From NCBI GenBank assembly GCA_040414495.1, contig JBEDUI010000054.1, forward strand, positions 15,253 through 79,252: 64,000 nucleotides of DNA, written 5' to 3'. Origin of the DNA: Mycobacteriales bacterium (GTDB lineage Bacteria > Actinomycetota > Actinomycetes > Mycobacteriales > QHCD01). The stretch's first letter is position 1. Each line of letters begins with the position of its first letter. Shown one piece after another: positions 44,670-54,768 of the stretch. The notes beneath the pieces are model-generated. The model was not told where the DNA came from. It searched no databases and saw only the letters and a program-made list of their open reading frames with translations. The translations under genes and the position numbers were made by a program.

Positions 44670-46394
44670 TCAGATCTTCTCCGTTTGGTCGTGCCTACCG
44701 GCCTGCACCGTCCACCGCTGGTACGCCTCTACCGCAGTCGGCAAGGTCACGAAGATTCGATCGGCACCGATCTTGTCCGCCAGACCCGCAGCGGCCAGAT
44801 TGTCCCGTAATTCCTGCTTCACCCGCGCCATGGCAAACACAATGCCCCGGGTGTTCAGCTGACAGCGCAGTTTCTCCAACGCATCAACCGCAGTGATGTC
44901 GACCTCCACGTTCGCTTCCGCGTTGAGCAGGAACCAGCGCGGTGGGCACTTATCCACGGTCAGCGAAGCCAGCGCCCGGCGGCGGAAGTCTTCGGCGTTG
45001 GCGAAGCACAGTGGCGCGTCGTATCGATACACGATCAGCCCGGGGATAAGCGTTGCGTCGGCATAGTCGTCGATGTCATGCATGCCGGCCAAACCCGGAA
45101 CCTGCCCCAGAATCCCGTCGTGAGGCCGGGCCAGGCGTCGGAACAAGTCCAGAATGGACAGTCCAACCGCGACCAAGACGCCCTGCAGGACGCCGAGCCC
45201 GAGAACGGCTGCGGTCGTGGCCAATGCCAGCGCCAGCTCGCTACGGCGAAATGCGGCGAACCGCCGAAGCTCCGGTATGTCGATCAGCGTCAAAGCCGCG
45301 TAGACCACCAACGCGCCGAGCGCGGCGAGCGGAAACGCGGCGAGCAATGGGCGTGCGGCAAGCACTGTCACCAATACCGCCGCCAAACAAACCAGCGAGT
45401 ACAACTGCGTCCGGCTGCCAGTCGCCACACCGATCGCGGTCCGGCTCCCACTGCTGCTGATAGGGAAACCGTGTAGTGCACCGGCGGACCAGTTCGCAGC
45501 ACCCAATGCCAACAGTTCCTGGTTGGCGTCGATCGTTTCGCCTCTGCGATCGGCGAATGCGCGTGCGGTCAGAATGTCGTCGGAAAACCCGACAATAGCG
45601 ATGCCAATTGCCGGAAGGATGAGATGGCTGACGTCATGCAGGCTGAGGCCGTGCACAGATGGCCTCAGCACCCCCGCGGAAAAGTCACCGACAACCGCGA
45701 TTCCGTGGTTTTGTAACGAGAAGACGTAGACCACGAACGTGGCCAGCAACATTCCGATCAGCGGCCCCGGCACGTGCGGTTTCAACCGGGCCGCCAGCAG
45801 GAGAAAGGCGAGTACGCCGGCGGACAGCAATACGGTTGGCCAGTGCACCTGGTCCAGCTGGCTCAGGAAGGAACGGGCTTCGGGGACGAAGCTATCTCCG
45901 CGAACCGGCACCCCGGTAAGCTTTTTGAGCTGGCTGGTGATCATGATGACCGCCACGCCAGCCAGGTATCCGGTCAGTACCGGCTTGGACAACAGGTCGG
46001 AGAGAAATCCCAGCCGTGCCAGCCATCCGAGCACGCAGACTCCCCCAACCAGCAGCGCCAGCACGACAGCAAGCGACTCGTAACGCGCCGAGTCACCGGC
46101 CGCGAGCGGACCGAGCGCGACCGCGGTGAGCAGCGCCGTGGTCGACTCCGGACCGATCGAGACCTGCCGGGATGAACCAAGTAACGCGTAGATCGCGAGC
46201 GGACCGATTGCCGCCCACAAACCGGTGGCAGGCGGTAGTCCGGCAACGCCGGCATATGCCATCACCTGCGGGATGAGATACGTCGCGACGGTAACGCCGG
46301 CGATGACATCACCACGTAGCCACTCGCGCTTGTAGTGCCGGAGAACCCCTATTCCCGGTGCTCGCGGGACAACACCGTGCAGTACGGATGACAT
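44670..46394 (-). CDS. SulP-family anion transporter with C-terminal STAS domain
   Basis: 574 aa. Multi-TM core plus STAS (LNAEANVEVDITAVDALEKL). Confidence 0.85.
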   Translation of the reverse strand: MSSVLHGVVPRAPGIGVLRHYKREWLRGDVIAGVTVATYLIPQVMAYAGVAGLPPATGLWAAIGPLAIYALLGSSRQVSIGPESTTALLTAVALGPLAAGDSARYESLAVVLALLVGGVCVLGWLARLGFLSDLLSKPVLTGYLAGVAVIMITSQLKKLTGVPVRGDSFVPEARSFLSQLDQVHWPTVLLSAGVLAFLLLAARLKPHVPGPLIGMLLATFVVYVFSLQNHGIAVVGDFSAGVLRPSVHGLSLHDVSHLILPAIGIAIVGFSDDILTARAFADRRGETIDANQELLALGAANWSAGALHGFPISSSGSRTAIGVATGSRTQLYSLVCLAAVLVTVLAARPLLAAFPLAALGALVVYAALTLIDIPELRRFAAFRRSELALALATTAAVLGLGVLQGVLVAVGLSILDLFRRLARPHDGILGQVPGLAGMHDIDDYADATLIPGLIVYRYDAPLCFANAEDFRRRALASLTVDKCPPRWFLLNAEANVEVDITAVDALEKLRCQLNTRGIVFAMARVKQELRDNLAAAGLADKIGADRIFVTLPTAVEAYQRWTVQAGRHDQTEKI

Positions 46395-46412
46395 GCCATA
46401 CTCCCGGGCCGC

Positions 46413-47330
46413 CTATCCAACACCTCGGGCGTGCTCGCTCATTGGTTGATCGGGCCCTTTCACCACGGTGACCGGGCAATAGGCCTGGTGCAGAACACTT
46501 TGGCTGACTGAGCCGAGGAACAGTCCGATTCGCCCGCCCCGCCCGCGCGAGCCAACAACCAGCATCGGTGCGCCGAGCGATTGATGGATCAAGGCCGTGT
46601 CGGCCTCACCTTTCGGCAGTTTCTTGACGACTGGCACCGCGGGATATTTCTCGGTAAATCCGGACACATATTGCTCGAGCCACTGTTCCTGCTCGGCCGG
46701 CGGTCCCAGCTTGATCGATTCAGCGTATCCAGGCCTGCGATATACCGCCTCCCAGCAATGCACGATCACGACCGGGAGATCGCGCAATGACGCCTCGTCA
46801 AACGCGTATCCCAGCGCCTGTTCGGATGCGGCCGAGCCGTCGACACCGACCACAACGCCGGTTCCGGGAATGGGCTCGCACCGGTATGGTCGCGCCACCA
46901 TCAGCGGGCACCGGCAATGCGCGATCAGACCGGAGCCCACTGCCCCGAGCAGAGCGGAGACCGTCGCTCCGTGCCCCCGCGTACCAATGATCATCAGGCT
47001 GGCGTCATAGGACTGATCAACCAGGACGCTGCGGGGGTGACCGTTTATCGTGATTCCACTCACCCGATTGGGACCGATTTGCTCGCCGGCCAAGGCGATC
47101 GCGTTTCCGACGAGTTCCTCGCAGTTGTATTGCGGCACCGATTCGGTCGGTAGTGGATACGCTGCCGTCGCCGGAACGACGTGTGCCCGATGGTCGCAGG
47201 CGTGGACAATTCCCAGCGAACGTTGCCGCAGCGTCGCCTGCTCGATGCCGTGACGCAAGGCCAGTTGGCTCATCGGAGTTTCGTCGATGCCGACGACGAT
47301 CGGGTGCACCGCGTAGTCGATCATTCCCAT
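46413..47330 (-). CDS. universal stress protein (tandem Usp domains)
   Basis: 305 aa. Two Usp repeats (IVVGIDETPMS..., VVVGVDGSAASE..., VVGSRGRGG). Confidence 0.85.
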   Translation of the reverse strand: MGMIDYAVHPIVVGIDETPMSQLALRHGIEQATLRQRSLGIVHACDHRAHVVPATAAYPLPTESVPQYNCEELVGNAIALAGEQIGPNRVSGITINGHPRSVLVDQSYDASLMIIGTRGHGATVSALLGAVGSGLIAHCRCPLMVARPYRCEPIPGTGVVVGVDGSAASEQALGYAFDEASLRDLPVVIVHCWEAVYRRPGYAESIKLGPPAEQEQWLEQYVSGFTEKYPAVPVVKKLPKGEADTALIHQSLGAPMLVVGSRGRGGRIGLFLGSVSQSVLHQAYCPVTVVKGPDQPMSEHARGVG

Positions 47331-48535
47331 CAGCTCCTCAAGGTCCGCCGCGATGCCGCCATCGCCGGGTTGCCCGCATCGTTTTCGGCGGTACGGGCCG
47401 AGAGCCCGAGACGAATCCGCACCGATGCCTCGTTGATATCCGCCAGCGAAACGATGCCGACCAAGGTGTCGCCGGCGAATACCAACGCGTGCCGGGACGC
47501 TGAACGCGTCGTCATGCGGGCCAGCAGGTCGCCCAGCGGCTCCTCCGGATTCGCGGTGGCGACGCTTGTTCGAGGCAGCGCGACGGCATCGGCGCGCGTT
47601 GTCGCTCGCTGCCCAGGGGTGAGAGCGAGAATTCGGTCACGTTGCAAAAGCCCCACGATGTCGCCGTCACAATCCTGGACCGGGTAGGCGGTCGCGTCGT
47701 GCGTGCTGACAAACCGGGCGATGATCGCATCGACGGTCAACCAACCCGGAACCACGACCGGGTCCGGGTTCATGACGTCCCTGACCCGTAATCCGCTGAA
47801 TGTCTCGGTGATCTGCGCCTGTTGTTGTTCGGCGCGGGCCGCTCCGATGACAAAGACGCCGATCAGGGCTAGCCAAAGACCGCCCAACAAGGCACCCGCC
47901 AGCGCGTCGAAAACGCCAAATGCCACGAGAATCCAGCCCATGATCACGCCGGCCCGGTTGGCCGATTGGATGCCGCGTTGGCGATCCGCGGTTCGTGCCC
48001 ATACCGCGGCGCGTAGCACTCGACCGCCATCGAGCGGAGCGGCGGGCAACAGATTGAAAACGGCGAGGAAGATGTTGATCCAACCGAGCCAGAGCAGCGC
48101 CGCGGTCAGCAATTCGGGGCCGGCCAGCGATCGCGAGATGAGCCCACCGATGGTGATCAGCCCACCGATGAGCAGGCTGGTTACCGGTCCGGCGATCGCG
48201 ATTCGAAAATCCGCTCCGGGCGTGTTCGGCTCATCAGACAGTTTCGTCACGCCACCCAGCAGCCACAACGTGACACCCTCGACCCGTTCGCCTTCGTGCC
48301 GGGCAACGACAGCGTGCGCCAACTCATGGGCGAGCAGCGAGGCCAGGAACAGCGTTCCCACCCCGATGCCGACAAGCCAATATACGGCCCGATTCTGCCC
48401 GGCGACCCGGCTGGGAAGGTAGGAATCGGCCAGCAGATAGGCGACCAGCGCGGCCATAATCGCCGCCGTCCAGTTCACGCCGATCCGGACGCCGGCCATT
48501 CGCCCCAGCCGGAATGTCTCGTTCACCGAACCCAC
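47330..48535 (-). CDS. site-2 protease (M50) with CBS pair (Rv2625c-like)
   Basis: 401 aa. HELAHAVVARHEG. C-terminal CBS domains. TGATG junction with the usp gene. Confidence 0.85.
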   Translation of the reverse strand: MGSVNETFRLGRMAGVRIGVNWTAAIMAALVAYLLADSYLPSRVAGQNRAVYWLVGIGVGTLFLASLLAHELAHAVVARHEGERVEGVTLWLLGGVTKLSDEPNTPGADFRIAIAGPVTSLLIGGLITIGGLISRSLAGPELLTAALLWLGWINIFLAVFNLLPAAPLDGGRVLRAAVWARTADRQRGIQSANRAGVIMGWILVAFGVFDALAGALLGGLWLALIGVFVIGAARAEQQQAQITETFSGLRVRDVMNPDPVVVPGWLTVDAIIARFVSTHDATAYPVQDCDGDIVGLLQRDRILALTPGQRATTRADAVALPRTSVATANPEEPLGDLLARMTTRSASRHALVFAGDTLVGIVSLADINEASVRIRLGLSARTAENDAGNPAMAASRRTLRS

Positions 48536-48558
48536 CTCGTCTTACCTATCGGAACCGA

Positions 48559-49614
48559 CTACGGTGCTCGCGAATACCCGAGATACGGCCTGACCGGGGC
48601 CTGGCTGCACAGCACTTCATGGACCGCACGACGCGGTGTCAACGCCGGTTCCGGTCCCGGCCCGGGCCATCCGATCCGCAACAGAATCTGCGGCGTTCCC
48701 ACACCGCCCAAAACTCGGCGCATCAACGACTGCGGTCCGGGAACCTCCAGCGGCTGCGTATACGGCGAAGCGCTCAGCCCCAATTCCGTTGCCTCAACCA
48801 GGACTCGGCCCAGCGCTTCCCCGGCCACCAGCCGGTCCAAGCGACTGTCGCTACCCGTGCCGATCACCAGCATCAAAGGCCGCTCGATCTGCACGGGCGA
48901 GGGAACCGTCATCGTTCCAGGCAAATCGCGCAACGGCACATCACAGCGCCGATCTGGCAGATCGGGCACAGCCGAAACCGGGATGCCGTCGGGCGAATCA
49001 TCAGCTCGACCCGACCATCGCTTCAACTCCCGCGCATAGGACGGGTCGGCCGCCTCGATCTCGTTGGCCCGACCCGCGGCCACGGCCAGGATCAACCGGT
49101 CTTCCCGACGGCGCACCTGGTGTGCGAAAACGCGCTGCTCATGGGCGACTGCCTGCAGACGCGCCACTATTTCCGGTTCGACCGGACGGTCGGCGAATGG
49201 CCGGCGGTCCGTACGCCGCCGCCGCGCCGCCGCCGCCAGATGCAGCGATTCCTCCGAGACGGCAGCCCGTCCGCTGACCAGAATCGTCGCCAAATGATCG
49301 TCATTCAGTGGATTCGGCTGCCGGGTGACCGTCGTACGCCATCCGGCCGCCGCCAGCGCCAGCTGGGCCAGATACAGCGCGGCCCCGCAGCTGATCAACA
49401 ACGCCCGACTACCCGGATCGGCGACCCGCAGTTGCCGCGATCGGTCGGCATACAGATCGATGGCGCCCAGCCGCAGATCGCCAATGCCGGAATGCTCGTC
49501 GATCCGCCACCACCAGGGCTGCGTGTTGTGAATGGAGGGAGCACGAATTGCCAGTTCCACGGCGCTGGTCAGCACCCCGAGTCCCGGCTGTGCATCCGAC
49601 ATCGCGGTAGTCAT
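48559..49614 (-). CDS. Acg-family nitroreductase-like FMN-binding protein
   Basis: AIRAPSIHNTQPWWWRI. Start set at MTTAMSD (AGGAGG upstream). The track start 49629 is an alternative. Confidence 0.8.
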   Translation of the reverse strand: MTTAMSDAQPGLGVLTSAVELAIRAPSIHNTQPWWWRIDEHSGIGDLRLGAIDLYADRSRQLRVADPGSRALLISCGAALYLAQLALAAAGWRTTVTRQPNPLNDDHLATILVSGRAAVSEESLHLAAAARRRRTDRRPFADRPVEPEIVARLQAVAHEQRVFAHQVRRREDRLILAVAAGRANEIEAADPSYARELKRWSGRADDSPDGIPVSAVPDLPDRRCDVPLRDLPGTMTVPSPVQIERPLMLVIGTGSDSRLDRLVAGEALGRVLVEATELGLSASPYTQPLEVPGPQSLMRRVLGGVGTPQILLRIGWPGPGPEPALTPRRAVHEVLCSQAPVRPYLGYSRAP

Positions 49615-49699
49615 GACGCCTCCTGGCAATGGGCACAGTCTTCACTGCATTCCATCGCAAGTGGACAGCAACAGCCATGGCCCAAAGTCACCCGTATAC

Positions 49700-49738
49700 G
49701 GGACATTCGTCGGTTCGGAAGTTCAGGACCAATGGCCG
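49700..49738. promoter_or_regulatory. two loose DevR/DosR-like boxes (GGGACATTCGTCGG; AGGACCAATGGCCG) in the acg/usp divergent promoter
   Basis: Read directly. Both deviate from the strict GGWCCTT core. Confidence 0.25.
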
Positions 49739-49785
49739 TACCGGGTTCCGATCAGCAGATGAGACTGGAGGGAGGAGGAACTGCG

Positions 49786-50574
49786 ATGTCACAACCAGCC
49801 ACTAGCCCTAGCAGGATCAGCGTCGGTGTCGACGGCGGCACCGGCGGCTGGGAGGCACTTGCCTGGGCCATCGAGGAAGCAGCTCTTCGGCAGGCCGAAT
49901 TGCACGTGATCCACTGTGGTACGTCGAGGGCAGTTTGTGACACCGCACGGGACCAAGCCGAACAGCGTGCCCCAGAGTTGCCAATAATTACCGAATTAAG
50001 CGACAAGCCGGCTCCTGAGGCCCTTTTGGACGCAGCGCGGCACAGTTCCATGGTCGTCGTGGGGCCGCCGTCGACGTCCCATCGCCTCAGTCAGCTGCTG
50101 TCGCGCTCAACCGCATTACACGTCGCGGTACGCACACCGCGCACGACCGTGATCGCCCACCGCCGCGCAAGCAAACTCCATGCTCCGATCACCATGGGGT
50201 GGATCGAACCGTCGGAGCGGGCATCGGCCGCGCTGGAGGCCGCCTTTCGGGAGGCGGTATTGCGAGCCCGCCCGTTACTGGTGATGACGGTGAAAACCTC
50301 GGAACCCCACGCCATGCTGGATGAGGTCGAGAACCAGTACCTCACGATGGAAATCGAACCGTGGCGATCAAAATATCCGGACGTCGAGGTTCAGGTGGCG
50401 GTGCAGCACGGCCGGCCGTACCGGGTTCTCGCGGAGAATTCGGCTCAGGCCGAGCTCCTCGTGGTCGGCGAACGCAGTCGGTCGGATTACCTGGGCCTGC
50501 ACAGCGAATCGGCCCTGCCAAAGCTTGTTCATGACATCGATTGTCCGTTGATGGTCGTGCACAACAGAGTCTGA
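49786..50574 (+). CDS. universal stress protein (tandem Usp domains)
   Basis: Trimmed to MSQPATSPSRISVGVDGGTGG. Very strong RBS GGAGGGAGGAGG. Confidence 0.8.
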   Translation: MSQPATSPSRISVGVDGGTGGWEALAWAIEEAALRQAELHVIHCGTSRAVCDTARDQAEQRAPELPIITELSDKPAPEALLDAARHSSMVVVGPPSTSHRLSQLLSRSTALHVAVRTPRTTVIAHRRASKLHAPITMGWIEPSERASAALEAAFREAVLRARPLLVMTVKTSEPHAMLDEVENQYLTMEIEPWRSKYPDVEVQVAVQHGRPYRVLAENSAQAELLVVGERSRSDYLGLHSESALPKLVHDIDCPLMVVHNRV

Positions 50575-50586
50575 TGGGAGTGCACC

Positions 50587-51480
50587 ATGGCACATCGTCC
50601 GCCCTTGGGGCAGCTCGGGCTCAACACCGGCAAGAAAGCGCGCTTGCACCGAATCCTGTTCCAGAACGGGTTACACAACGGCACCGGCCTGTTTCTCCCG
50701 TACGATCAGGGACTCGAGCACGGGCCGCGGGACTTCTTCGCCAATCCGGCCGCCAGCGACCCGAAATACATCGTTCAGTTGGCGATCGAGGGCACGTTCA
50801 ACGGAATCGTGCTGCAGGTTGGTCTCGCGGAGAAGTTCTATTGGGACTACGCCGGAGAAGTACCCCTTATCTTGAAGCTGAACGGCAAGACCGACATACC
50901 CGCGGCCGATCGGGCCCGTTCCCCGCTGAATGCCAGCGTCGCCGACGCTATCCGCCTCGGCGCGGACGCGGTCGGCTACACGATGTACGTCGGCAGCCCG
51001 GCTCAGGAAACAGACTTCGAGGAATACCGGTGTATCCGCCATGACGCGCACGAATATGGCATGCCGCTCATAGTCTGGGCGTATCCCCGGGGTTCGGCGA
51101 TCGAGGCCAAGGGCGGAAAGGACTCGTTCTACGCCGTTGATTACGCCGCGCGTACCGCGAGCGAGTTGGGCGCCGATGTGGTCAAGGTCAACTTCCCGCA
51201 CCCGGAGAAGCGCACCGCGGTCCCCGCCAATTACGACAGCGAGTTCGCCTCGCAGGAGGCGATCAACGCGGTCGTCCGATCGGCGAATCGCACGCTGCTG
51301 CTCGTCTCAGGCGGCGAGCGGGCCGGTGATGACGCGATGCTCGAAAAGGCCCGCGAATCAATGGAGGCCGGCGCCACCGGGTTGATTTTCGGTCGGAACG
51401 TGTGGCAGCGCGGGCACGATGAGTCGTTGCGGTTCGTCGATGAGCTTCGCGAGATTCTCGGGAAATACCCGACCACGTGA
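50587..51480 (+). CDS. class I aldolase (DhnA/FbaB-type fructose-bisphosphate aldolase family)
   Basis: 297 aa. LFLPYDQGLEHGP, ADVVKVNFP (Schiff-base Lys region), GLIFGRNVWQ. Confidence 0.8.
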   Translation: MAHRPPLGQLGLNTGKKARLHRILFQNGLHNGTGLFLPYDQGLEHGPRDFFANPAASDPKYIVQLAIEGTFNGIVLQVGLAEKFYWDYAGEVPLILKLNGKTDIPAADRARSPLNASVADAIRLGADAVGYTMYVGSPAQETDFEEYRCIRHDAHEYGMPLIVWAYPRGSAIEAKGGKDSFYAVDYAARTASELGADVVKVNFPHPEKRTAVPANYDSEFASQEAINAVVRSANRTLLLVSGGERAGDDAMLEKARESMEAGATGLIFGRNVWQRGHDESLRFVDELREILGKYPTT

Positions 51481-51513
51481 CGGGGCTCGGCGACATGATC
51501 TGGGGACAACGTT

Positions 51514-52053
51514 ATGGATGTCCTTGTGGCCTACGCGACCGCACACGGGTCGACGGCGGGCGTTGCCCGCCACATCGGCCAACGACTAAGCGCCGCCGGC
51601 TACCAGGTTGCGATTCGACCGACGACCGAGATCGCTGATATTTCACCGTATTCGGCCGCCGTCGTCGGTAGCGCCATCCACAATGGCCATTGGCTCAAAT
51701 CCGGGGCCGACCTCATCGAGCAGAACCAGGTGTTCCTGCGCGAGCGGCCGGTGTGGCTGTTCAGCGTCAGCTCGCTGGGCGACCATAGCGGCGCTTTTGC
51801 CGACCCGATGAACCGATGGCTACGCAAAATGCGCAAGGAACCCACCCAGATTGCCGGATTCCGCGCAGCGATCAACCCTCGTGACCACCGCAACTTCACC
51901 GGTGCGATCGAGCCCTCGCATTGGTCCTGGTGGGGTCGGCTCGTATTCCGGATCTTTGGTGGACGTTTCGGTGATCACCGCGACTGGCCTGATATCGACC
52001 GGTGGTCGGACCGGATCATCGAGGAACTCGGTCGCGCCGGACTGGGACCTTAG
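51514..52053 (+). CDS. flavodoxin-domain protein
   Basis: 179 aa. MDVLVAYATAHGSTAGVARHIG. Confidence 0.75.
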   Translation: MDVLVAYATAHGSTAGVARHIGQRLSAAGYQVAIRPTTEIADISPYSAAVVGSAIHNGHWLKSGADLIEQNQVFLRERPVWLFSVSSLGDHSGAFADPMNRWLRKMRKEPTQIAGFRAAINPRDHRNFTGAIEPSHWSWWGRLVFRIFGGRFGDHRDWPDIDRWSDRIIEELGRAGLGP

Positions 52054-52057
52054 CCCG
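52044..52057. promoter_or_regulatory. DevR/DosR-like box GGGACCTTAGCCCG
   Basis: 11/14 match to the recalled Mtb core GGGACTTTAGTCCC. Spans the flavodoxin stop, 60-73 nt upstream of ATG 52117. Confidence 0.35.
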
Positions 52058-52116
52058 TAGCACCGGAGGGCTCATGCGTCACACACTGCAAGAAAGGCAC
52101 CACGAGGAGCGTAACG

Positions 52117-54765
52117 ATGTCCCAGGCGACCGAGTCCGTACGTGCGCTACTCGTCGACGGTGAGCAGATTGAGTTGCGTCCGGCCACTCACTCCGACGAA
52201 TACGCGCTTATCCGACTTCACGACGAGCTTTCCGAGCGCAGCGTATATCTCCGGTTCTTCACAACAAATCATGCCGCGGGCGCGGATTTCGTCCATCGAG
52301 TACTCCAGCTGGAATCCCCGTCCGGCTATTGTCTGGTGGCCGTTCTGGCCGGCGAGATCGTCGGCATGGTGTCGTACCAGACCTTGGATACCCCAGAACG
52401 CGCCGAGGTCGCGCTGAGCGTCGCCGACCGTTGCCAGTCCCGTGGTGTTGGGACGCTGCTGTTGGAGCACGTGGTTTCGTATGCGCGACAGCACGGCATC
52501 AATGCCTTCCATGCCGAAGTCCTGGCCGAGAATTCGCGCATGCTGAGGGTGTTCTTCGATATCGGGCTGACTCCGACGACGAGGCGGGTCGACGGCACGT
52601 TGCAGGTCGAAATCCCGCTGCGATACGACGAAAGCTATCTTGACGCGGTCACCGTTCGCGAACGTCGGGCCGATGTGGCGAGCCTGACGCCGTTGCTCGA
52701 GCCGACGTCCGTTGCGGTGATCGGGGTCAGCCATCGAGGCGCTGGCGCCGGGTACGCCGTGCTGACGCATTTGCTGGAATCCGGCTTTCATGGCCCGATC
52801 CATCCGGTGAATCCGCACGCGACGCAGATCGCCGGGCTGCGGGTCTACCCCTCGGTGAGCGAGATACCAGAACCGCCAGAGCTGGCGGTGTTGGCCGTTC
52901 CGGCCGCGCAGGTGCCGGATGTAGCTGAGCAATGTGGACGGTGCGGGGTCAGGGCGCTGGTGGTGCTTTCCTCTGGATTGACCACCGCGGCCGGCCGCCG
53001 CCTGATCGACATCGTGCACCAGTTCGGTATGCGCATGGTCGGGCCGAACTGCATCGGGCTGGCCAATACCGAACCGACCGTTGCGCTTGACGCCTCATTT
53101 ACCCGGCACACCGCGAGCCCGGGCCATGTCGGCATCGTGACCCAGTCCGGCGGTATTGGTATCGCGTTACTGGAGTCCTTGGCCCAGGCCGGATTGGGCG
53201 TATCGACGTTTGTGTCCACAGGCGACAAGTACGACGTCAGCAGCAACGATATGTTGCTCTGGTGGGGGCAGGACGAGCGGACCAAGGTTGGCGTGGTTTA
53301 CGTCGAATCCTTCGGCAACCCGCGGAAATTCTCCCGGCTGGCCCGGCAGTTGGCCTCGCGTACACCAGTTGTCGCGGTCCGGGCGGCAGCGTCGGCGGCG
53401 GCCCAGAAAGCAGCGCAATCGCACACCGCCGCCAGCGCCACTCCCGCGGTCACCCGGGATGCGCTGTTCCGCCAGGCTGGAGTCATCCCGACCGACGATC
53501 TACAAGAGACGGTCGACGTCGTCGCACTGCTGAGCTGCCAACCGATCCCCGACGGATCGCGGGTTGCCATCATCAGCAATGCCGGCGGCGGTGGCGTTCT
53601 GGCCGCCGATGCCTGTGAGCGGTACGGCCTGCAAATAGCGACGATCTCGAACCGTGATGCCTTGAGCGCATTGCTGGGGAAGGGAACCGCCGCAAGCGTG
53701 GTGAACCCGATTGACACCAGCGCCGGCGTAAGCCCGGATATCTTCGCCGACTGTATTGTCGCGGCCGCCGCTGACCCCAACGTCGACGCCGTCCTGGCGA
53801 TCATCGCACCAACCGCGTTGGGCGACCTTCGGGGTGCTCTCGATGTCGCGGCCGCCAAGTGCAGCAAACCGTTGGTGGGCGCGGTATTCGGCCAGCCTGA
53901 CACCGTCCACATCAGCCTCCGATCGGTGCCGGTTTACGGCGATCCGGCGACGGCATTGCGCGCCCTCGGTCACGCCGCCAGTTACGCCGCATGGCGTCGG
54001 CGCCCGAGCGGAACGATCCCCCAGCCGAGGGGCATCCGGCCGGATGAGGCGGCAGCCGCGGTCATGCGGTATCTCACCGAGCACCCGTCCGGCGGCTGGC
54101 TGGACTGGGCGACTCTGGGCGATATCGCGCAGGCTTACGGAATTCCGCTGCCGCAGTCCGTGGTCGTGACCGACGCCGCCAGCGCCCAGAGCGCACTGTC
54201 CCAAGTGGATGGACCAGTGGCGATGAAGGCCCTGGTGGACGACTTGGTGCACCGTACCGAGGAACATGCCCTGGAACTGGGGGTCGAGACAGGCGATCAG
54301 GCCCGGGCAATTTACGAGCGAATGAGCCGCCGGTACGGCTCAAAGCTGCGGGGTGTCCTGGTGCAACACATGGCCAGCGCGGGTCAGGAGTTTCTTATTG
54401 GGGTGGTGCAGGACAGTGCGTTTGGTCCGCTAGTGCAGATCGGCGCCGGCGGTACCGCGACGGAACTGTTGCAGGATCGGGCCACCCGGCTGCTGCCGCT
54501 GACTGACATCGACGCCACGCAAATGCTGCAATCGCTGCACGTCGCGCCGCTGCTGGCCGGTTTTCGGGGCTCCTCACCACTGGACTCCGCCGGATTGCTC
54601 GACCTTGTGCATCGGGTGGCGCGGCTGGCCGAGGACCTCCCGCAGGTGGTCGAACTCGACCTCAACCCGGTGATCGTGCGGCCCCGGGATTGCGTGGTGG
54701 TCGATATGAAGGTCCGGGTGGCGCCGGCGCACACAGCCGATCCATTTCTGCGTCGGCTGCGTTGA
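52117..54765 (+). CDS. GNAT acetyltransferase fused to ADP-forming acyl-CoA synthetase-like domains
   Basis: 882 aa. N-terminal GNAT (CQSRGVGTLLLEH), CoA-binding/succinyl-CoA-ligase-like middle, ATP-grasp C-terminus. Confidence 0.8.
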   Translation: MSQATESVRALLVDGEQIELRPATHSDEYALIRLHDELSERSVYLRFFTTNHAAGADFVHRVLQLESPSGYCLVAVLAGEIVGMVSYQTLDTPERAEVALSVADRCQSRGVGTLLLEHVVSYARQHGINAFHAEVLAENSRMLRVFFDIGLTPTTRRVDGTLQVEIPLRYDESYLDAVTVRERRADVASLTPLLEPTSVAVIGVSHRGAGAGYAVLTHLLESGFHGPIHPVNPHATQIAGLRVYPSVSEIPEPPELAVLAVPAAQVPDVAEQCGRCGVRALVVLSSGLTTAAGRRLIDIVHQFGMRMVGPNCIGLANTEPTVALDASFTRHTASPGHVGIVTQSGGIGIALLESLAQAGLGVSTFVSTGDKYDVSSNDMLLWWGQDERTKVGVVYVESFGNPRKFSRLARQLASRTPVVAVRAAASAAAQKAAQSHTAASATPAVTRDALFRQAGVIPTDDLQETVDVVALLSCQPIPDGSRVAIISNAGGGGVLAADACERYGLQIATISNRDALSALLGKGTAASVVNPIDTSAGVSPDIFADCIVAAAADPNVDAVLAIIAPTALGDLRGALDVAAAKCSKPLVGAVFGQPDTVHISLRSVPVYGDPATALRALGHAASYAAWRRRPSGTIPQPRGIRPDEAAAAVMRYLTEHPSGGWLDWATLGDIAQAYGIPLPQSVVVTDAASAQSALSQVDGPVAMKALVDDLVHRTEEHALELGVETGDQARAIYERMSRRYGSKLRGVLVQHMASAGQEFLIGVVQDSAFGPLVQIGAGGTATELLQDRATRLLPLTDIDATQMLQSLHVAPLLAGFRGSSPLDSAGLLDLVHRVARLAEDLPQVVELDLNPVIVRPRDCVVVDMKVRVAPAHTADPFLRRLR

Positions 54766-54768
54766 GCC

